DNA of 56,032 nt from positions 1 to 56,032 of the forward strand of contig JBGCVQ010000116.1 of assembly GCA_045888315.1 (NCBI GenBank), in the 5' to 3' direction. A program made the position numbers and the translations under genes. Positions 1-9,439 of this stretch are shown here, piece after piece (the stretch's first letter is position 1; each line of letters opens with the position of its first letter). The notes beneath the pieces were generated by a model. That model did not search any database, was not told the DNA's origin, and saw only the letters and a list, made by a program, of their open reading frames with translations. This stretch comes from Anaerolineales bacterium (GTDB lineage: Bacteria; Chloroflexota; Anaerolineae; Anaerolineales; UBA11858).

Positions 1-1698
1 CAGCTGGATGATCTCCGCCAGTAAGTCCTTGAGGGTTATCAGGGCTAGCTGATTCTTTTCTTTCTCCGCCCGGATGAAACGGGTGTAAGGGGTAATGGTG
101 TCCCAGATATCCTGCAGACCGCGCTCGATTTCCTGGCTGAAGTGTTCTGTCAGGGAGCCGGTCAGCTGGTCGCGCATGGCTTTCACCTTCTCGCGCATTT
201 CCTTTTTGGCGTTCCTGCGGCGGGTGGGAATGATGAACAGCCCCAAGGCCGCCATGGCTCCTGCCAGCAGGATACCGGTCACATCGGTCGCTACAGTGGA
301 TGCCAGGACAGTGACTAGCGTTCCCAACCCCACCGCTCCGGCGCTGATAGCGGCTGCGGCAGCAACCGCATTCTGGGACCTGCGGGCAATCTCATCCGCT
401 TCCCGGGTCCTATCATAGCTATCTATCACCCGGCCGGCTTCATCCTTGATGCTGGTGATCAAGCGCTCCCGGTCGTAAATGAAGCTTCCGATGTCCCCCA
501 CCATGCGGCCCTTATATCTCTGCCTGCCTTCTGCGATATGGTCAGTAATCGCCTGCCACTGCCTTAAGTTGGAGTCGACCAGCCAGTCGATGATCCCGGT
601 GACTTTCTTCTCCACCAGCTCTGGCACATCCCCGATGACTTCTTTTTCATAGGCAGACTGGATCTTTTCTTTTTTCACCAGATCGAAGATCCTGGCTAAC
701 CGGATATATTCGCTGAAAAAGTCCTCCCCTCTCTGCTCCATTTCCAGCAGGATCTTGACGATGTCGGACATCCTCAACTGGAAGCTCTCCAGCATATCCT
801 TCCGGAAGACATCCAGCTGGTCTTCGATATCTTTGATCAGGGCCAGGTCATCACGCAGCAGCTTCAGACGGCTATCATAATATTCTGCGTACTGGCTGGT
901 CAAGCGTTTGCCTACTCCCAGGGGATTGAGCAGCTTGAGCTTCAAGCGGCTTTCCTCGTCGAGGGTTTCCATGATGTAGCTTTCCAGCGCTTCAAATTGG
1001 CTTTCTTCCCAGACAGCTGGCTCTCCCTGCTTGGCTTTCAGTGCCAGACGAGAGCTGACCGGGAAGATCACAGGTTCGATCTTCAGGACGCTCTTGACAT
1101 TCTCAGCGACGAATTTCCTGATCTCCTCCAGCGCCTGATCGGTTTCCAGGATGTCGATTTTGTTGATGACCAGCACGACCTTCTTTCCCCAAGCCCGGAT
1201 GGCTTCCAGGAAGGCTCGTTCACTTTCTGTGTAGGGCCGATCCGCCGAGGTGACAAACAGGATCAGATCCGAGCGGGGTACGAACAAGGAGGTGATCTCT
1301 TCGTGTTCCCGGATCACCGCGTTCGTGCCTGGCGTATCCACGATACTGATTTCTTTCAGGTAGGGTGCCGGGAGTGTCAGGCTTTCGATGCTTTCGCTGA
1401 GGACAGTCTTTCCTTCACTCTCCCCAAAGCGGAGGATGTTCACTTTTGTGGTGGTGGGGGTCACGCCTTCCTGCAGGATGCGGTCTCCCAGCAGGGCATT
1501 GATAAAAGCGCTCTTCCCGGCGTTGAATTCACCCACGACCACCAGCAGAAAAAAATCATCCAGCTGGTGGATGGACTCCATCAGCGCCTGCTGATCCTTG
1601 TCCTGGACGCCGTACTCCACCAGGGTCAGCTGGAGATTATTGAGCACTTGCCTCTCCCTGGTAAGCAGGTCCTTTTGCTTCTTATTCAAGAGTTCCAT
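1..1698 (-). CDS. Dynamin-like GTPase (bacterial DLP, FZL/mitofusin-like); 3' end runs off the window
   Basis: Absent from the ORF track because it has no stop codon in the window. Manual translation from ATG 1698 (GAGGA SD): MELLNKKQK..., G1 VVGEFNAGKS, G2 GVTPTT, G3 IVDTPG, G4 INKID, and a C-terminal hydrophobic stretch AVAAAAAISAGAVGLGTLVTVLA...GILLAGAMAALGLFIIP. Confidence 0.85.
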   Translation of the reverse strand, partial: MELLNKKQKDLLTRERQVLNNLQLTLVEYGVQDKDQQALMESIHQLDDFFLLVVVGEFNAGKSAFINALLGDRILQEGVTPTTTKVNILRFGESEGKTVLSESIESLTLPAPYLKEISIVDTPGTNAVIREHEEITSLFVPRSDLILFVTSADRPYTESERAFLEAIRAWGKKVVLVINKIDILETDQALEEIRKFVAENVKSVLKIEPVIFPVSSRLALKAKQGEPAVWEESQFEALESYIMETLDEESRLKLKLLNPLGVGKRLTSQYAEYYDSRLKLLRDDLALIKDIEDQLDVFRKDMLESFQLRMSDIVKILLEMEQRGEDFFSEYIRLARIFDLVKKEKIQSAYEKEVIGDVPELVEKKVTGIIDWLVDSNLRQWQAITDHIAEGRQRYKGRMVGDIGSFIYDRERLITSIKDEAGRVIDSYDRTREADEIARRSQNAVAAAAAISAGAVGLGTLVTVLASTVATDVTGILLAGAMAALGLFIIPTRRRNAKKEMREKVKAMRDQLTGSLTEHFSQEIERGLQDIWDTITPYTRFIRAEKEKNQLALITLKDLLAEIIQL

Positions 1699-1727
1699 TT
1701 ATCCTCAACGATTCTAAGAGTGCCAAC

Positions 1728-1733
1728 ATTATA
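1728..1733 (-). promoter_or_regulatory. Putative -10 box (TATAAT) of the dynamin-like gene
   Basis: TATAAT on the minus strand ~30 nt upstream of ATG 1698. Confidence 0.5.
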
Positions 1734-1773
1734 ACTGAGAGGGGTAGGTTCGGGTGCGGTAGGCAGCCAGGAT

Positions 1774-2598
1774 TCAGCTGTGGATCCGCGTACCTGGATG
1801 GTCTCCCAGCAGCGCTTCCTGGATGCTTCCTGGTTCTTCCCCTGAGAAGATCAGCGCTTCCAGGGTCGGATAGGAGCGGATCAAGCCCAGCATCTGGGCG
1901 ACTTTTTCAGCCATCCCTCCTGTGACATCCGTGGCCGCAGATTGTCCGATGGCAGCGCCGCTCAGGGCTTGGTCAGCAGGGCTGATCTCAGTCAGCAGAC
2001 TGGTGCGTTCAGGGTAGTCCATCCACACCCCGGGATCTATCCCGGCCAGCAGGATGCGATCCGGCTTGAGATCGGCTGCCAAATGGACGAACAGGTCCTC
2101 GGTAGAGAGGATCGTACCTCCCAATTCGCTGTCAAATACCACATCGCCGTACACAACCGGGATCAGGCTGTTTTTGATGGCTGACCGCAGGGGTTCCAGG
2201 TTCCAGGTCAGGATCTTCCTGTGCCGGCTGAGCACACCCGCAGAAGGAGCAAAGCAGATCCCTGGCAATCCTGCAGCGTTCAGCGCATCCATGACCAGCC
2301 GATTCAATGCTGCGGCATCCTGCCAGACCTCGGCAAACCCGAGCCAGTCTGCGGGGGAATCCACGCCTGCCCGGGTCTGGTATTTGCTGGCAGGGACATG
2401 GCCGAAGGACCCAGAGCCGTGCCCCAGTAGGATCCTCAACCTGGGATCCACAGCCAGGGCTGACTTGATCTCACCGCAGATGCGCTGAATGACTTCCATC
2501 CGGGGGGTGCGGGGCGTTCCTTTATCGGTGATCAGGGATCCGCCCAATTTCAGGAAGACCAATCTGGCTCCCCCTGGAGATCCTTCGTGTGTATCCAT
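1774..2598 (-). CDS. ipk: Isopentenyl phosphate kinase (amino-acid kinase family)
   Basis: LKLGGSLITDK, HGSGSFGH (IPK-type His), PVVYGDVV and DVTGGM motifs. Start moved to ATG 2598, directly behind a promoter. Confidence 0.85.
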   Translation of the reverse strand: MDTHEGSPGGARLVFLKLGGSLITDKGTPRTPRMEVIQRICGEIKSALAVDPRLRILLGHGSGSFGHVPASKYQTRAGVDSPADWLGFAEVWQDAAALNRLVMDALNAAGLPGICFAPSAGVLSRHRKILTWNLEPLRSAIKNSLIPVVYGDVVFDSELGGTILSTEDLFVHLAADLKPDRILLAGIDPGVWMDYPERTSLLTEISPADQALSGAAIGQSAATDVTGGMAEKVAQMLGLIRSYPTLEALIFSGEEPGSIQEALLGDHPGTRIHS

Positions 2599-2604
2599 AC
2601 TCCT

Positions 2605-2633
2605 ATTGTAGTCAGGCACTTGGAGGGGGTCAA
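2605..2633 (-). promoter_or_regulatory. Sigma70-type promoter for ipk (probably leaderless)
   Basis: TTGACC-17 nt-TACAAT, then 6 nt to the ATG. Confidence 0.7.
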
Positions 2634-2640
2634 GCAAATT

Positions 2641-2679
2641 AGCAGGGACCGGATCCCTGTAAGGGACCCGATCCCTGCT
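2641..2679 (-). terminator. Stem-loop after the menA-like gene
   Basis: AGCAGGGAUCGGGUCCCU-UAC-AGGGAUCCGGUCCCUGCU is fully paired on the minus strand using G:U pairs; the U-tract is weak. Confidence 0.55.
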
Positions 2680-2684
2680 CAACT

Positions 2685-3698
2685 TCAGCTCCAAAAAGCC
2701 GGCCAGAGCAGCCTGATTGCAGTGTCGAGGATGACTCCTAATAGGAACAGCCCCCCGAACCGCCGAGTGTGGTGGAAAGCGGCTGCGACATAATAGTTCG
2801 GCCAGACATCAGGAAAATCCGCTGGTTTCTCCGCCGGCTTGGGATTGGAGAGAATAGGCCAGATCTCGACCAGCGTGGGAATGGCCAGCAGGGTCAGCAG
2901 CATGACCGGGGTGAAGAAGCGGATCCAGATCAGGTAGAGGACCAGCAGGTAAGCTGATATCAGCATGGCAGTCATGACCCAGCGGGCAGCTGTTTCTCCC
3001 AGAACGACCGGGAGGGTGTGGATCTTGCGCTCCTTATCCTGCTGGAGTTTATCGATATGTTTACCGAAGAGAACGGATGTCGTTCCTACTGCATGGGGAA
3101 GACTGGCAAGGACGATGGTCCAGTCCCACGGCAAGCCGGTAATGGCATAGTAGCCGCCTCCAACCATGAGCGGTCCCCAAACCAGGAACACAGTTAATTC
3201 GCCGAGCGCGATATATTTCAGGGGATAGGTATAGAACAGCACGAAGACCACACCCAGGCCCATCAGCAGCCAGGTCAATTGGCCCCGCATCAAGGCCAGA
3301 GCGATACCGCAGGCTGCCGCCAGTGCTCCAGTGATCCCGGCATAGAGCAGCAGCTCTTTCTTGGTCATCAAGCCATGCAGGAGGGGCTGGGGGCCGTACT
3401 GGGCCCGGTAGTAATTGTCGACATCCACTCCCCTGACATAATCGGTATAGTCGTTCAGAAAATTATTTGTGCCGTGTGCCAGGTACAGCCCGACCAGGAC
3501 CAGCAGCCAACGCCAGAAATCGAATGCTTCAGCCCGGACGGCGAAAATTCCCGCCAGGGCGGCTGAGAGGACTGTGATCACCATCACGGCCGCCCGGGTG
3601 GCGATCAGCCAGCGAGATATGATATCCAGCTCATCCCATTCCTGCTTGCTGATCCTGGGGATGATCTGAAGCGCACGGCGCCACATCGCGAAATTCAT
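2685..3698 (-). CDS. menA: UbiA-family prenyltransferase, MenA-like (1,4-dihydroxy-2-naphthoate polyprenyltransferase)
   Basis: Multi-TM protein with NNFLNDYTDYVRGVD, FYTYPLKYIALGE and DKLQQDKERKIHTLPVVLG motifs. Start is ATG 3698 or GTG 3707. Confidence 0.75.
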   Translation of the reverse strand: MNFAMWRRALQIIPRISKQEWDELDIISRWLIATRAAVMVITVLSAALAGIFAVRAEAFDFWRWLLVLVGLYLAHGTNNFLNDYTDYVRGVDVDNYYRAQYGPQPLLHGLMTKKELLLYAGITGALAAACGIALALMRGQLTWLLMGLGVVFVLFYTYPLKYIALGELTVFLVWGPLMVGGGYYAITGLPWDWTIVLASLPHAVGTTSVLFGKHIDKLQQDKERKIHTLPVVLGETAARWVMTAMLISAYLLVLYLIWIRFFTPVMLLTLLAIPTLVEIWPILSNPKPAEKPADFPDVWPNYYVAAAFHHTRRFGGLFLLGVILDTAIRLLWPAFWS

Positions 3699-3827
3699 AA
3701 GTATCACAACCTCCCCTAATAAAAATGCGCCCCCATCATACCACAGGCAGCAAGCCTGGATTCCGGGGATGCACTTGATAATTACAAAGAATATATAGTT
3801 GATTTATTGATAGAAATCGGGGTCGAA

Positions 3828-4769
3828 TCAGCCCCTGATCGTCGTGGGCAGGACGCTCTGGGCTCCAGCTCTCAGTAAAGCCCCTTCGATCCGAGGGGCA
3901 GCAGTATCACAGAGCGCGATCAGGTTTCCTCCCAGGCCACCGCCGGATAACTTTGCCCCCAAGGCGCCAGCCTCCAAAGCGCTTTCCGCCAGCCTGTCGA
4001 GCTCTGGTGTGGATACTCCTAATTCTCTTAAACAGACCTGATTTTCATTCATTAAAGGTCCCAGCTCACGGGGATCCCCGCTGGTAATGACCTCTCTGGC
4101 TGTCCCTGAAATCTCGCCGATCCGGTTGAACAGCCCTTCGCATTCTTCCTGGTTGGCGAGCCATCTCTGGCGCACAGCATCCACCGCTGCCCGGGTGCTG
4201 CCAGGGATCCCGCTGTCGGCGACCAAAATTTCAAAAGGCTCCTTGATCGCCAGGAATTCCAGCGGTTTTCCTTGTTGGAAGTAAACCGGTTTCCGGAAGA
4301 CGACCACGCTGTTGTCGATCCCTGAGGGTGAGCCGTGCTGGATCTTCTCGATCTCAAAGGCGAGGTCCGAGACCTCCTGGTCAGGAAGCCTTCTCCCCAG
4401 GAAAGCCGCGAACGCTCTGATCAGGGCGGCGGATACCGCAGCGCTGGATCCCAGTCCCGAGGATACCGGGATGGTCGAGGTGATCAGGATCCGGCAAGCT
4501 GGTATTCGACTCAGGTCCTGGGTGCCGGCCGCAGCAGCCAGGGATGCCCGCAGGGGATGCTCTGGGGCAAGTTCGCTGACCGGGGCAGTCAATTCGATAT
4601 CGGGGGCTTCGATCCAGATCTCACCAGATGAACCTCCCATCTGGGCGCTGACTACAGCCCGGGCCTCTAGGGCTGTGACAGGAGCCGCCAGGGCGGGCTG
4701 TCCGTAGACCACGGCGTGTTCGCCGAAGAGGATGATCTTACCGGGTGCAGAAGCTGTGAAGGCGGGCAT
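3828..4769 (-). CDS. mvk: Mevalonate kinase (GHMP kinase)
   Basis: APGKIILFGEHAVVYG, PVSSGLGSSAA, HGSPSGID and GAKLSGGGLGG motifs. Confidence 0.9.
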   Translation of the reverse strand: MPAFTASAPGKIILFGEHAVVYGQPALAAPVTALEARAVVSAQMGGSSGEIWIEAPDIELTAPVSELAPEHPLRASLAAAAGTQDLSRIPACRILITSTIPVSSGLGSSAAVSAALIRAFAAFLGRRLPDQEVSDLAFEIEKIQHGSPSGIDNSVVVFRKPVYFQQGKPLEFLAIKEPFEILVADSGIPGSTRAAVDAVRQRWLANQEECEGLFNRIGEISGTAREVITSGDPRELGPLMNENQVCLRELGVSTPELDRLAESALEAGALGAKLSGGGLGGNLIALCDTAAPRIEGALLRAGAQSVLPTTIRG

Positions 4770-4772
4770 GGT

Positions 4773-5639
4773 TCAGTAGAGGTAGAACACCAGCAGGATC
4801 ACGGCTGTCCAGAGTAGAATGGCCGCCTGGAGCGGCCTGTCCGCCAGGGCAATCTCCTCGGGTGCTCCCCCTTCCCCGCAGCGGATCAGGAACAAGTAGC
4901 GGAAGATGCCGTAGAGGACGAAAGGTATGGTTAGCATCATGGAATGGTTCTCTGGTAGATTGGGAGCGGAAAAAGTGTACAGGCTGTAGGCCACGATCGT
5001 GGTCCCGGAGACGATGGTGATCAGCTGGTCCAGCAGTTCGACTGAATAGCCGTCCAGGACAGGGCGGACGCTGCCATTGCCATCCTCCTGGAGGACCAGT
5101 TCAGCCCTTCTTTTTCCCAGCCCGATGAACAGGGCGAACAGGGAGGTGACCACGTACAGCCAGGGTGAAAAGCGTTTGACCTCGATCAAGGCTGTGCCGG
5201 AGATCACCCGCAGCAGGTAAAAGGAAGCCAGCACCAGCACATCGATCAGGGGGATGTGCTTAAGCTTGGACGAATAAGCCAGGTTCAATCCAAAATAGAC
5301 CGCACAGATGATCATGAATCCTGGAGAAAGCAGATAAGCCAGTGGAAAGGAGATCACTAGTAAGCCCAGGGCGACAGCCCAGGCTACAGGAAGGGTAATC
5401 CTACCTGAAGCGATAGGGCGATTCTTCTTGGTTGGATGCTGTCGGTCTGACTCCAGGTCAGCGATATCGTTAAAGATGTAGACTGCACTGGCGATCAAGC
5501 TGAACAACGCCGCGCCAGCCAGGGTGTGCAGGAAGGCATCCGGGTTGAGAAGTTTTCGATCAAAGACCAGCGCAGTGAAGACGAAAATGTTCTTGGCCCA
5601 TTGTTTGGGGCGGATGGTTTTGAGCAGGGCGGAGAGCAT
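4773..5639 (-). CDS. Decaprenyl-phosphate phosphoribosyltransferase (DPPR synthase)-like UbiA protein
   Basis: IRPKQWAKN, YIFNDIADLESDRQHPTKKNRPIASG, LGKRRAEL and YGIFRYL are typical of the Rv3806c-type subfamily. Start ATG 5639. Confidence 0.8.
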   Translation of the reverse strand: MLSALLKTIRPKQWAKNIFVFTALVFDRKLLNPDAFLHTLAGAALFSLIASAVYIFNDIADLESDRQHPTKKNRPIASGRITLPVAWAVALGLLVISFPLAYLLSPGFMIICAVYFGLNLAYSSKLKHIPLIDVLVLASFYLLRVISGTALIEVKRFSPWLYVVTSLFALFIGLGKRRAELVLQEDGNGSVRPVLDGYSVELLDQLITIVSGTTIVAYSLYTFSAPNLPENHSMMLTIPFVLYGIFRYLFLIRCGEGGAPEEIALADRPLQAAILLWTAVILLVFYLY

Positions 5640-5726
5640 AACAAAATAATAGCATGAATCAAATAGAGCTGGTAGGGAAATATACCGTTCCCGATGGATT
5701 CCATAGCCCATGTTAAAATAGGGATC
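5640..5726. promoter_or_regulatory. Divergent promoter region; both flanking genes look leaderless
   Basis: Minus strand: TGcTATTAT, 6 nt, ATG 5639. Plus strand: TGtTAAAAT (5711-5719), 7 nt, ATG 5727. Confidence 0.65.
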
Positions 5727-6515
5727 ATGGCAGATAAAAAGCGGGTGGACCAACTGCTTGTTGATCAAGGGCTGGCAGAGGATATCGACCAGGCTAGGCG
5801 CCTGGTCATGGCTGGCAAGGTGCTCTGCCGGGGGCAGGTGATCATCAAACCTTCTGAAACAGCATCCAGCCAGGACACTCTCCAGCTGGTCGAGGACACC
5901 CCCTATGTTTCTAGAGGCGGCGAGAAGCTCCAGGCAGCCTTTGATAACTTTCCGATCTCGGCTGCCGATAAGATTTGCGCTGATGTTGGCTCATCCACAG
6001 GGGGGTTCACGGATTGTTTGCTGCAGCAGGGTGCTGCCCGGGTATACGCGATTGATGTCGGATATGGACTGCTGGACTGGAAGCTCCGCAACGACTCCCG
6101 GGTGATCCCCCTGGAAAGGACCAATGCCAGGAAGTTGTCAGGGCTGCCTGAACCAGTGGAACTGGTGACCGCTGATGTGTCCTTCATCTCCCTGAAGAAG
6201 ATCCTTCCCGCCATGACCCGCTGGTATGGAGAAGGTGCTGGAGAGGCGTTGCTCTTGATCAAGCCCCAATTCGAAGCCTCCCGGGAAGAGTCTGCCCGGG
6301 GAGCGGGTGTGATCCGAGATCCTGCTATCCATAGAAAAGTACTGGAAGATGTGCTGGGTTTTGCCGCCGGGGAAGGCTTTCGGCTTCGGGGGTTGATCCG
6401 CTCTCCTCTGCAAGGCCCTGCAGGCAATCAGGAGTTCCTGGCCTGGCTGGCATTCCAGCCGACCGGCTGGGAAGACCCTGGACCAGCGGATCTGATCTCT
6501 CCCTTGTTCGAGTAG
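5727..6515 (+). CDS. tlyA: TlyA-family rRNA 2'-O-methyltransferase
   Basis: S4-like N-terminus (KRVDQLL), YVSRGGEKL, DVGSSTGGFTD, DVSFISL, LIKPQFE and GNQEFL motifs. Confidence 0.92.
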   Translation: MADKKRVDQLLVDQGLAEDIDQARRLVMAGKVLCRGQVIIKPSETASSQDTLQLVEDTPYVSRGGEKLQAAFDNFPISAADKICADVGSSTGGFTDCLLQQGAARVYAIDVGYGLLDWKLRNDSRVIPLERTNARKLSGLPEPVELVTADVSFISLKKILPAMTRWYGEGAGEALLLIKPQFEASREESARGAGVIRDPAIHRKVLEDVLGFAAGEGFRLRGLIRSPLQGPAGNQEFLAWLAFQPTGWEDPGPADLISPLFE

Positions 6516-6633
6516 TTGGGGATCCTCTGCGGATCCCGATCCCTTGAATCTCGCCCAACTCTCTTGGCGCCAGAGAGTGAAAGACGAAATCTATTTCCCT
6601 CAATTCAGCTCATCGGGTATACTAGCCCTGTTT

Positions 6634-8436
6634 ATGAACAGCAACCAGATACGCAATTTCTCGATCATCGCCCATATCGATCATGGCAAATCGACCCTGG
6701 CTGACCGCCTGCTGCAGATCACCAATACGGTGTCTGAGCGGGACATGGCGGACCAGGTGCTCGATAACATGGACCTGGAGCGTGAGAAAGGAGTCACCAT
6801 CAAGGCTTCTGCAGTGCAGATGCGCTACCAGGCGGGGGATGGACGGGAATACGAATTGAACCTGATCGATACACCTGGTCATGTCGACTTTGGGTACGAG
6901 GTCTCCCGGGCTTTAGAGGCCTGCGAAGGAGCGCTGCTAGTTGTCGATGCTGCCCAGGGTATGGAAGCCCAAACCCTGGCCAACATGTATTCAGCCCTGG
7001 AAGCGGATCTGGAGATCATACCTATCATCAATAAGATCGACTTGGAGGCTGCCCGTCCAGATGAGATCGCCCAGGACATCAGCACCATCCTGGGCACACC
7101 GCCGGAGAGCATCCTGCGCATTTCTGCCAAGGATGGTCAGAACATCCAGCCTGTTCTGGAAAGGATCATCGCCGAAGTACCTCCGCCAGTAGGGGATCCA
7201 TCCGCCCCCCTGCGGGCGTTGATCTTCGATTCGCATTACAACACCTATAAGGGCGTCATCGCCTATGTCCGGGTATTTGACGGCCAGATCAGCGGGGATG
7301 ACCAGCTGCTGCTGATGGCGTCTGGGAAAGAGATCGAGCCCTTTGAAGTGGGTGTCTTCTCGCCGGGGATGAAGCCAGTGGAGGTCCTTCACGCAGGTGA
7401 AGTGGGGTATATCGCCACCGGCTTGAAATCGGTTCACAACTGCCGGGTGGGCGACACGATCACCTTTGCCCGCAAGCCGGCTCCTCAACCCCTTCCGGGC
7501 TATAAGAAAGTCAAACCGATGGTCTTTGCTGGTTTTTTCCCGGTAGAGAATGAAGGCTACGGAAATCTGCGGGATGCCTTGGAGAAGCTCCAGCTGAATG
7601 ACGCTGCCCTGGTCTTTGAGCCGGAAAGTTCCCAGGCCTTGAACCTGGGATTCCGATGCGGCTTCCTGGGCATGTTCCACATGGAAATCATCCAGGAAAG
7701 ATTGGAACGGGAATATAATCTAGATATCATCGCCACCGCTCCATCCGTAAAATACCGGGTGCTGCAGCGAGATGGAGAGCTGCTGGAGATCAACTCTCCT
7801 GCGGATCTGCCAGACAGCGCTCAAGTGGAGGAGATCCAGGAGCCCTGGATGAACGTGCAGGTCTTCTTGCCGCTGGAATACTATGGCCCGGTCATGGAAT
7901 TGGTTACCAACAGGAGGGGAGTTTACATCAGCCAGGATTATCCAGCACCCAACCGGGTGCAGCTGAATTTCCAAGTGCCTCTATCAGAGCTGATCGTCGA
8001 CTTCTTTGATTATTTGAAATCCGTCTCGCGCGGTTATGCTTCCATGGATTATTCCTTCGCGGAGTACCGCAAAGGCGACCTGGTAAAATTGGACATCCTT
8101 GTCAATGGAGAGCCTGTCGATGGCATGGCGTCGATCGTCCATCGTGACAAGGCTTACCGCAAGGGCAGGATCCTCGTCGAGCGCTTGAAGGACCTGATCC
8201 CTCCCCAGCATTTCGCAATCCCGATCCAGGCGTCTGCCGGCGGCAAGATCATCTCCAGGACGGATATCAAATCGCTCAGGAAGGACGTTACGGCCAAGCT
8301 TTATGGTGGGGATTACACCCGCAAGAAGAAATTGCTTGAGAATCAGAAGGCGGGCAAGAAGCGTATGAAGCGAATTGGCAGCGTGGATATTCCCCAGGAT
8401 GCCTTTATGGCTGTTTTGAGGCTGGAAGATGACTGA
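6634..8436 (+). CDS. lepA: Elongation factor 4
   Basis: IRNFSIIAHIDHGKSTLADR, DTPGHVDF, GFRCGFLG and RKDVTAKLYGGD motifs. Confidence 0.97.
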   Translation: MNSNQIRNFSIIAHIDHGKSTLADRLLQITNTVSERDMADQVLDNMDLEREKGVTIKASAVQMRYQAGDGREYELNLIDTPGHVDFGYEVSRALEACEGALLVVDAAQGMEAQTLANMYSALEADLEIIPIINKIDLEAARPDEIAQDISTILGTPPESILRISAKDGQNIQPVLERIIAEVPPPVGDPSAPLRALIFDSHYNTYKGVIAYVRVFDGQISGDDQLLLMASGKEIEPFEVGVFSPGMKPVEVLHAGEVGYIATGLKSVHNCRVGDTITFARKPAPQPLPGYKKVKPMVFAGFFPVENEGYGNLRDALEKLQLNDAALVFEPESSQALNLGFRCGFLGMFHMEIIQERLEREYNLDIIATAPSVKYRVLQRDGELLEINSPADLPDSAQVEEIQEPWMNVQVFLPLEYYGPVMELVTNRRGVYISQDYPAPNRVQLNFQVPLSELIVDFFDYLKSVSRGYASMDYSFAEYRKGDLVKLDILVNGEPVDGMASIVHRDKAYRKGRILVERLKDLIPPQHFAIPIQASAGGKIISRTDIKSLRKDVTAKLYGGDYTRKKKLLENQKAGKKRMKRIGSVDIPQDAFMAVLRLEDD

Positions 8437-9439
8437 AAGTCGGACGCGACGGTCTACCATCCGCCTGATACTGGGGATCCTGATCAGTGCTGTGAGTTTA
8501 ACAGCGCTGATCCTGCTCATTGACGTCCAGCAGGTTCTGGATGCCCTCCGCACCGTGCGGCTGGAGATCCTCCTGGTGGGAGGACTGCTGGTGATCGCTT
8601 CCCTGATCACCAGGGCGTATGCCTGGCGGGTCATCCTGCAGGGGAGGATATCCCTCAGTAAATCGTTTTTGATCATCAACGCCGGGTACTTCGTGAACAC
8701 CCTGCTGCCCTTCCGCCTGGGAGAGATCTCCCGGGCTTTCCTGCTGATGCCCTCTGGGCTTCCTTTCTGGGAAGGTTTGCCGACAATCGTTCTGGAGCGG
8801 ATGATCGATGTGTTGTTTGCCCTGGTGCTGCTGTTCATTGGTCTGCCGTATGCTTTGAATTTCCAGGCAGACACCGGCTACATCTATCTGATGACAGGAG
8901 CGGTGGTCTTGGGCTTGGCGGTCCTGGCTCTCCTGGTGTACAAGCGAAAAGATATCCTGCGCTGGCTGGAGAATACCAGGCTGGTCAGCTCCCAGGTCAG
9001 AACCCGCTTGATCGATTTCATCCGCCAGATCCTCTCCAGCATGCAGGTGTTGACTCATCCTCTCCGAATCCTGCAGGTCTTTCTGGGAATGGCCTTGAGC
9101 TGGGGTATTGCCTTGGTGGTGCAGTTCCTGCTGCTGAGATCCTTCATTCCGGAAGCCCGCCTGGTGTGGGCGGTGTTTGCCCTGGGGGCAGTGGCCATAG
9201 GGGTGTCCGTTCCCTCTTCACCTGGTAATATTGGTTTGTTTGAGGCCAGCATCACCCTGGCGCTGTCTGCTTTTGGCGTGGACCAATCGCTGGCATTCAC
9301 CTATGCACTTACCAGCCATATGCTGAACTTGGCGATCTCGACCAGTTTTGGGGCATATGGGCTGGTGCGGGAAGGAGTGGGGCTGCGGGAGGTGTGGCAG
9401 CTCAGGAATCAGCCCGACATAAGGGAGGAACAACGATGA
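8429..9439 (+). CDS. Lysylphosphatidylglycerol-synthase TM-domain/flippase-like membrane protein (UPF0104)
   Basis: Multi-TM protein with NTLLPFRLGE, VLERMID and PSSPGNIGLFE motifs; overlaps the lepA stop. Confidence 0.8.
   Translation: MTESRTRRSTIRLILGILISAVSLTALILLIDVQQVLDALRTVRLEILLVGGLLVIASLITRAYAWRVILQGRISLSKSFLIINAGYFVNTLLPFRLGEISRAFLLMPSGLPFWEGLPTIVLERMIDVLFALVLLFIGLPYALNFQADTGYIYLMTGAVVLGLAVLALLVYKRKDILRWLENTRLVSSQVRTRLIDFIRQILSSMQVLTHPLRILQVFLGMALSWGIALVVQFLLLRSFIPEARLVWAVFALGAVAIGVSVPSSPGNIGLFEASITLALSAFGVDQSLAFTYALTSHMLNLAISTSFGAYGLVREGVGLREVWQLRNQPDIREEQR

Noticed and set aside
1700-1726. GAGTGCCAA resembling a CIRCE half-site
   Set aside because: No matching TTAGCACTC arm 9 nt upstream; no CIRCE seen before the hsp20 pair either.
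997-1734. 245-aa plus-strand ORF
   Set aside because: Antisense shadow of the dynamin-like gene, which has clear motifs on the minus strand.
2685-5639. UbiA proteins as archaeal ether-lipid (DGGGP) synthases
   Set aside because: Motifs fit the MenA and DPPR-synthase subfamilies better, and there is no GGGP synthase or G1P dehydrogenase in the window.
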